Shown here: in pieces, positions 59,342-64,000 of the stretch
How the letters are laid out: every line of letters starts with the position of its first letter
Position numbering within the stretch: position 1 is the stretch's first letter
Source of the DNA: Planctomycetota bacterium
GTDB taxonomy: Bacteria > Planctomycetota > UBA1135 > UBA2386
DNA length: 64,000 bases
Direction of reading: 5' to 3'
NCBI GenBank assembly: GCA_965223545.1
Contig: OZ245006.1
Coordinates: 2,528,001-2,592,000 of the forward strand
The notes under the pieces: generated by a model
Told to the model about the DNA's origin: nothing
The model's input: only the letters and a program-made list of their open reading frames with translations
The model's database searches: none
Made by a program: the position numbers and the translations under genes

Positions 59342-60352
59342 ATGACGACGACGGCCAACGACACCTCCACCCTCTCGCGTTGGGGGGCACTCCGGCCCTA
59401 CGTGCAGATCGCGAGGGTGGATCACTGGTTCAAGAACGCCTTCATGCTGCTGGGGGTCGTCATCGCGCTCTTCTACCGACCGGAGCTGGTCGCGTGGTCG
59501 AGTGCGACCTCGATGCTTATCGCGGTGGCCGCGACTTGCTTGATCTGCTCGAGCAACTACGTGCTCAACGAGGTGCTCGATGCGCAATACGACCGCCTCC
59601 ATCCAACCAAGAGGTTGCGCCCGGTGGCAGCCGGGCTGGTGCGTCCTCGCATCGCACTCGTCGAGTTCCTCGCCCTGGGCGCAGTGGGTTTTTGGGCGGG
59701 CACCGCAGTCAACACGCCCTTCGTCTTGTCGCTTGTTGCGCTGTGGCTGATGGCGTGCGCCTACAACATTCCCCCAATCCGCACGAAGGACGTCCCGTAC
59801 CTCGACGTCCTCTCGGAATCGGTCAACAACCCCATCCGGCTGCTGCTGGGCTGGTTCGCCCTGATCCCGGACGTCCTGCCCCCGGTGTCGCTGATGCTCG
59901 CGTACTGGATGGTGGGCGCGTTCCTCATGGCAGCCAAGCGCCTCGCGGAGCTGCGGAGTCTCGGCGATCCCGCCGTCGCCGCGCGCTATCGCCACTCGTT
60001 CGCGCACTACAACGAGAACCGCCTGCTCGTCAGCATGATGTTCTACGTCAGCTCGGGGGCGCTGTTTTCCGGGATCTTCATCGTCCGCTACAAGCTGGAG
60101 TTGATCCTGAGCGTGCCGATGATCGCCGGGTTCTTCGCATACTACATGTCGCTCGGGCTGCAACCGGACAGCGTCGTCCAGACGCCGGAGAAGCTGCACC
60201 GCAAGCGCGGGTTCTTGCTGTACTCGATGCTCACGACCGGCGTGTTCGTCTGCCTGATGTTCCTCCAGATGCCGTGGCTCTATGAGCTGTTCGGTGTCGC
60301 GCCGCAAACGTTCGGCGGGCAGGTCTTGTGGCGATTGCCGGGGGGCGAGTGA
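59342..60352 (+). CDS. UbiA-family prenyltransferase (decaprenyl-phosphate phosphoribosyltransferase-like)
   Basis: RVDHWFKN, SSNYVLNEVLDAQYDRLHPTKRLRPVAAG, KRLAEL. Confidence 0.9.
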   Translation: MTTTANDTSTLSRWGALRPYVQIARVDHWFKNAFMLLGVVIALFYRPELVAWSSATSMLIAVAATCLICSSNYVLNEVLDAQYDRLHPTKRLRPVAAGLVRPRIALVEFLALGAVGFWAGTAVNTPFVLSLVALWLMACAYNIPPIRTKDVPYLDVLSESVNNPIRLLLGWFALIPDVLPPVSLMLAYWMVGAFLMAAKRLAELRSLGDPAVAARYRHSFAHYNENRLLVSMMFYVSSGALFSGIFIVRYKLELILSVPMIAGFFAYYMSLGLQPDSVVQTPEKLHRKRGFLLYSMLTTGVFVCLMFLQMPWLYELFGVAPQTFGGQVLWRLPGGE

Positions 60353-61767
60353 GCACGCCCTCTGAGAAACCGGGACTGCCTGACGACGCCACCCGACGTG
60401 CGGTCCACCCGTCGCCGGCGCAATGGAGCCGGGTGGCGTGGTGCGTGATCGTCTTGGCGCTGGTCACCGGCGCGGCCCTGCGACTCTCCCCCGAGCTGTT
60501 CGAGATCCCGCCCGTCCGCTGGGACGCGATGGAGTATCACCTCGCGGCCCACGAGATCCTCGAGACCGGCGTCTACGCCAACCACTCCCGCGAGCCGCTG
60601 TTTCCCTACCTGCTCGCACTCAGCTACCGCGTGCTCGGCGACGATCTCGTCACCCAGCTGCGCGTGCTCGGCATGCTGTCGATCCTGTCGATGCTGCTCG
60701 GCGTTCTGCTGATGCGACGCACGTTTCCCGACCGCAGCGGTTGGCTCGCCGCGGCCGCGGTCATCCTCTGGGCCGTCGACGGCGATCAACTCGCGTTCGT
60801 GCGTGAGCTGTATTCGTCGTCGCTGCAGGGCGTGCTGCTGGCCGCGGCCCTGCTGGCCCTGGTGAGCGGCGTGCAGCGCGCGAGCGTGTCGCGGTGTATC
60901 GCCGCAGGCGTCTGCATCGGCCTGCTCGGCTTGACCCGAGGGGTCTGGACGGCTCTGGCGTTCCCCGCAGCACTGCTGGCGATCCAAGGCAGTGCGGAGG
61001 GGCGGTGGCGGCGCGGGTTCGCGGTGCTGGCTGCCACGGCGGTCCTGGTCCTGCCGTGGATGGTGCGCAACCAGACGGTGCACGGCTTCTTTGCGCCGGC
61101 GTCGTTGTCGGGCGTGCAGGCCTTCCTGCGCACCTGGCATCTGAAACCGGACGGCGACGAGGGACGGGTCGTGCGCGAAACCGCCGCAGTCGTCCGCGAG
61201 CGCTTCCCCGACCGCGACGGACCCGGGCTGAGTGGGGACATCGCGTTCGTGGTCTACGGCGAGCTGATCGAGCGGGGAATGTCGCGGACCGAGGCGAACG
61301 AGCAGTTCATGGCCATGGCCCGGGAGAGCCTGCTCGCCCGGCCGGGGCCGTACCTCTTCGAGAGCGCGGTCACGCTGACGCGTTTGCTCGGGACCTATGA
61401 CTTCACGTGGCTGTCCGACGACTACCTCGAGGCGATGGACCAACCGATCGAAGTCTCGATCGAGCAGGGCCGATGGCCAATCGCGGCGGCCGAGGTGTTC
61501 TTTCGCTTCGCGGTGCCGCTCCTCGCGATGGCCGCGCTGCTCGTCGGTCTGGCCCTCTCGCTCCGCCGGCGGCAGGCCGGACGGGTGGTGCTGATCGGCA
61601 TGGCGCTCGCCCTCCTCTTTGGCCTGGCCCTGGTCGCGAACGCGGTCGCGATCCGACGCTACCGGAGTGACCTCGACGTCGTGCTCCTGCCGGCAATCGC
61701 CCTGGGGGTGGCGGTCACCCTCGAGCGATTCCGGCGGGCCGCCCCCGGTCGGGTGCAGTCGCGATGA
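60349..61767 (+). CDS. GT-C fold (ArnT/PMT-like) membrane glycosyltransferase
   Basis: WDAMEY, REPLFPYLL, GLLGLTR, LPWMVRN, RYR motifs; multi-TM; GTGA overlap with the upstream gene. Confidence 0.8.
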   Translation: MSTPSEKPGLPDDATRRAVHPSPAQWSRVAWCVIVLALVTGAALRLSPELFEIPPVRWDAMEYHLAAHEILETGVYANHSREPLFPYLLALSYRVLGDDLVTQLRVLGMLSILSMLLGVLLMRRTFPDRSGWLAAAAVILWAVDGDQLAFVRELYSSSLQGVLLAAALLALVSGVQRASVSRCIAAGVCIGLLGLTRGVWTALAFPAALLAIQGSAEGRWRRGFAVLAATAVLVLPWMVRNQTVHGFFAPASLSGVQAFLRTWHLKPDGDEGRVVRETAAVVRERFPDRDGPGLSGDIAFVVYGELIERGMSRTEANEQFMAMARESLLARPGPYLFESAVTLTRLLGTYDFTWLSDDYLEAMDQPIEVSIEQGRWPIAAAEVFFRFAVPLLAMAALLVGLALSLRRRQAGRVVLIGMALALLFGLALVANAVAIRRYRSDLDVVLLPAIALGVAVTLERFRRAAPGRVQSR

Positions 61768-62013
61768 AGTTACGGCCCGCCTCCCGACGCTACCAACACA
61801 TTTCGCCGGGCTTCCGTCTTGTACGGACTGAGTGGGGCGAGCTGCTGTAGCCGCGCACCATCCCTCTCCAAGCCTCGAGAGGTTGCCAGCGGCTTCGCCG
61901 CCGACGCCGGGAACCAGAACCAACAGCTACGCTGCAGAAGGAAGAACCAGATCCTTCCAAACCGCCGGATTCGCGCGAACTCACGCAGCCGTCGACACGT
62001 CCGCTACGTGGTT

Positions 62014-63999
62014 TCACTCGGCATCGAGAAAGCTGGCGAGATAGTCCTTGAGCTTCGTTGACACATCTCCGCGGCGGAGGGCCTGCCAGTCGATGCCAAC
62101 CAACTCGGCCGCGATCGACGGCCTCCAGTGGTAGAACTTGCCCTCGATGGCAAGCAGACCGTCCCTGGTCATCCTGGCTAAGAGCTCTTGTCCAAGCTCA
62201 CCTTGCAGAATCCGGGCGTGCTCGACCTTGTCTCGATATCGGGCGAGGCTGCCCTTGCTATGGGAACGGAGCGTCATGACGATGCGCCGGAAACGGCGGT
62301 AGGCAGCTGACATCCGTGGGTCGGTATCGAGAGTCGCCAGGTCATGGCGATAGAAATCCACCCACGGATAGGCCGCCCCGTCGGGCCAGTGGATTCCCAA
62401 CTTGCCGTGGACGACCGGGGGGACGGCTACGGAACTGATGCATCGAAGTGCTTCGAGCAGCACGCCTTGGTCTGCATCTTCCTTGATGCCCGCGTGCGCG
62501 GGAGCATCCTTCACGACAATAGACTTGGCCCGAATGTCCAGGAGACGGCAACGCACGTGGACCGACGGACCGAGGTCCATATCTGCGTCGGAAGCACCGA
62601 GGTCGACTATGCAGGGGACGACGAGCGAGGCATCTCGAAGCTGCCGAGGAAACCGAAGACGATCTTCATAGCTGAGTATCGTCTCGAAACTCTTGTCCGC
62701 GATGGGGGACAACTCGTCGCCTTCCACGAGCAGGATCTCGAGTTCCCCCACGGTCTCCGCCAAATCCTCCGGATCTACGTCCTGCGGGTCGGCGCCCTCA
62801 AGGGTGAACCGGACGCGAATCGTGTCCGTCTCCGCAGACGACAGCGAGTCATACAGAATACCGATCAGTTCGGCCGGAACGAAATCGGCAGCAAGGTCGG
62901 AACGGCTTCCGAAGTAGAAGTCCGCCAGTAGCCGAGATGGCCGATAGGTCGGCTCCTGAACTCGACTTCGCACGGCTTGAAAGAGATCATCTCCTAGCTC
63001 GGTACCCAATGCCCTTGCGACGAGGTAGGAACTGAAGACGGTGTTGGCGATCGTGTGTCCATCGCGAAGGAAGGGGTGCTCGGGAACCCAAGTAGCGATT
63101 TGGAGCTCGTACTGCGCACGAAGACTGCTCGAGCCGTCGAATGGGATCTCCGGAGCGATCCCCAGGACCTGCCCCAACACGCGCTTACACTGCTCGTCCG
63201 GTGTATAGAGGCTGTCCCAATCGGACCAATTCGACGTGTCCGCAATACTCTCGAGAGCCGGGCGCAGGTTTCTCTGGACCTTCTCGACCCTTTCGCGCTC
63301 AAGGATTCGTTCCACAACGTTGCGGAGCAGATTAAGTGGAGCATCCTTGTCGACACCTACGAGCTGTTGCTCGAGGGTCGATCGCAGTTCCGAGTAGTTC
63401 CGTTCGCCGGCGAGCAGGATCGCGACGGCCTCAAGAACAGGTGCGTAGCCGAGGAACTCCCGAGCGGCCGCGGCTTGCGCCGCGCCAGCGGGCCCCTGGA
63501 TCGCCTGCTCGAGATGGCGAAACATAAGGTCGCGCGCACCCTCGAAGGGTTGCCGGTGCCTACGGATCCGATCCGCGGCTCCTGCGAAGGCTTGCTCGCT
63601 GCCAGCATACCGGCGACCCAGGCCCTCGATTCTCCGGTCGATGAACAGCATGGCTTCTGGTCGCGCAAACGGCTCGATCACGAGGAAGCGCGCAGAGACA
63701 CCACGTTCCTGAAACAGGAGCCACGTGTGCTCGCAGATGTTGGTTCGGCCGAACAGGAGCGTGCCGGGCCCGCGACGTGCCTCGACGATCTCCACCAGGT
63801 CCTGCAGAAAGGCCGCGTAGGAAGCTTCGTTCGACTTCAAGCGGGCTTCGTCCAGGGCGTCCACAACGAGCGGCAGCCGTCCTGCGGAGATCTCCCCGAG
63901 CACATCGGCGACATGTTCCACCCCGAACGCTTCGAGAAGGGCGCCTTTGAACGAGTCTGCGGCGAGTGGTCCTCGTGCGGCCAAGTCCCAAAGCGGACA
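62014..63999 (-). CDS. Large P-loop NTPase-like protein, 5' end beyond the right edge
   Basis: Frame is open to the edge (CPLWDLAARGP...); Walker B LVVDALDEA; LLFGR; FLGYAPVL; lower GC. Confidence 0.75.
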   Translation of the reverse strand, partial: CPLWDLAARGPLAADSFKGALLEAFGVEHVADVLGEISAGRLPLVVDALDEARLKSNEASYAAFLQDLVEIVEARRGPGTLLFGRTNICEHTWLLFQERGVSARFLVIEPFARPEAMLFIDRRIEGLGRRYAGSEQAFAGAADRIRRHRQPFEGARDLMFRHLEQAIQGPAGAAQAAAAREFLGYAPVLEAVAILLAGERNYSELRSTLEQQLVGVDKDAPLNLLRNVVERILERERVEKVQRNLRPALESIADTSNWSDWDSLYTPDEQCKRVLGQVLGIAPEIPFDGSSSLRAQYELQIATWVPEHPFLRDGHTIANTVFSSYLVARALGTELGDDLFQAVRSRVQEPTYRPSRLLADFYFGSRSDLAADFVPAELIGILYDSLSSAETDTIRVRFTLEGADPQDVDPEDLAETVGELEILLVEGDELSPIADKSFETILSYEDRLRFPRQLRDASLVVPCIVDLGASDADMDLGPSVHVRCRLLDIRAKSIVVKDAPAHAGIKEDADQGVLLEALRCISSVAVPPVVHGKLGIHWPDGAAYPWVDFYRHDLATLDTDPRMSAAYRRFRRIVMTLRSHSKGSLARYRDKVEHARILQGELGQELLARMTRDGLLAIEGKFYHWRPSIAAELVGIDWQALRRGDVSTKLKDYLASFLDAE

Positions 64000-64000
64000 T

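Noticed and set aside
61770..62010. Possible tRNA or attachment site at the GC transition
   Set aside because: No cloverleaf, T-loop motif or direct repeat could be identified

Overview
A very GC-rich bacterial chromosomal segment. Gene content (five ECF sigma factors, two ECF-linked Ser/Thr kinases, a sulfatase, many secreted repeat proteins) suggests an uncultured Planctomycetota lineage; this is inference. It holds the 5' part of an NRPS, housekeeping genes (ahcY, aroF-tpiA-secG-yicC-gmk-coaC-SSS transporter, ggt), five ECF modules with different partners, an IS21 remnant next to a low-GC gene, a UbiA/GT-C pair and an edge-truncated P-loop NTPase. Top observations: (1) a secreted thioredoxin-fold protein with an in-frame TGA in a 'C-U' motif aligning with animal selenoprotein N, followed by a SECIS-like hairpin; (2) a ~110-aa C-terminal domain shared by six unrelated secreted proteins, plus Gln at +1 in about 15 secreted proteins, suggesting an uncharacterised sorting/maturation pathway; (3) an exported TPR-CHAT protease/ECF/anti-sigma/small protein module; (4) ~60-bp inverted repeats flanking one ECF gene; (5) a structured ~200-bp tandem repeat; (6) collapsed remnants of paralogs of genes present in this window. 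No rRNA, tRNA or CRISPR array was recognised. Family calls come from motif recognition by eye, and several start codons are uncertain.
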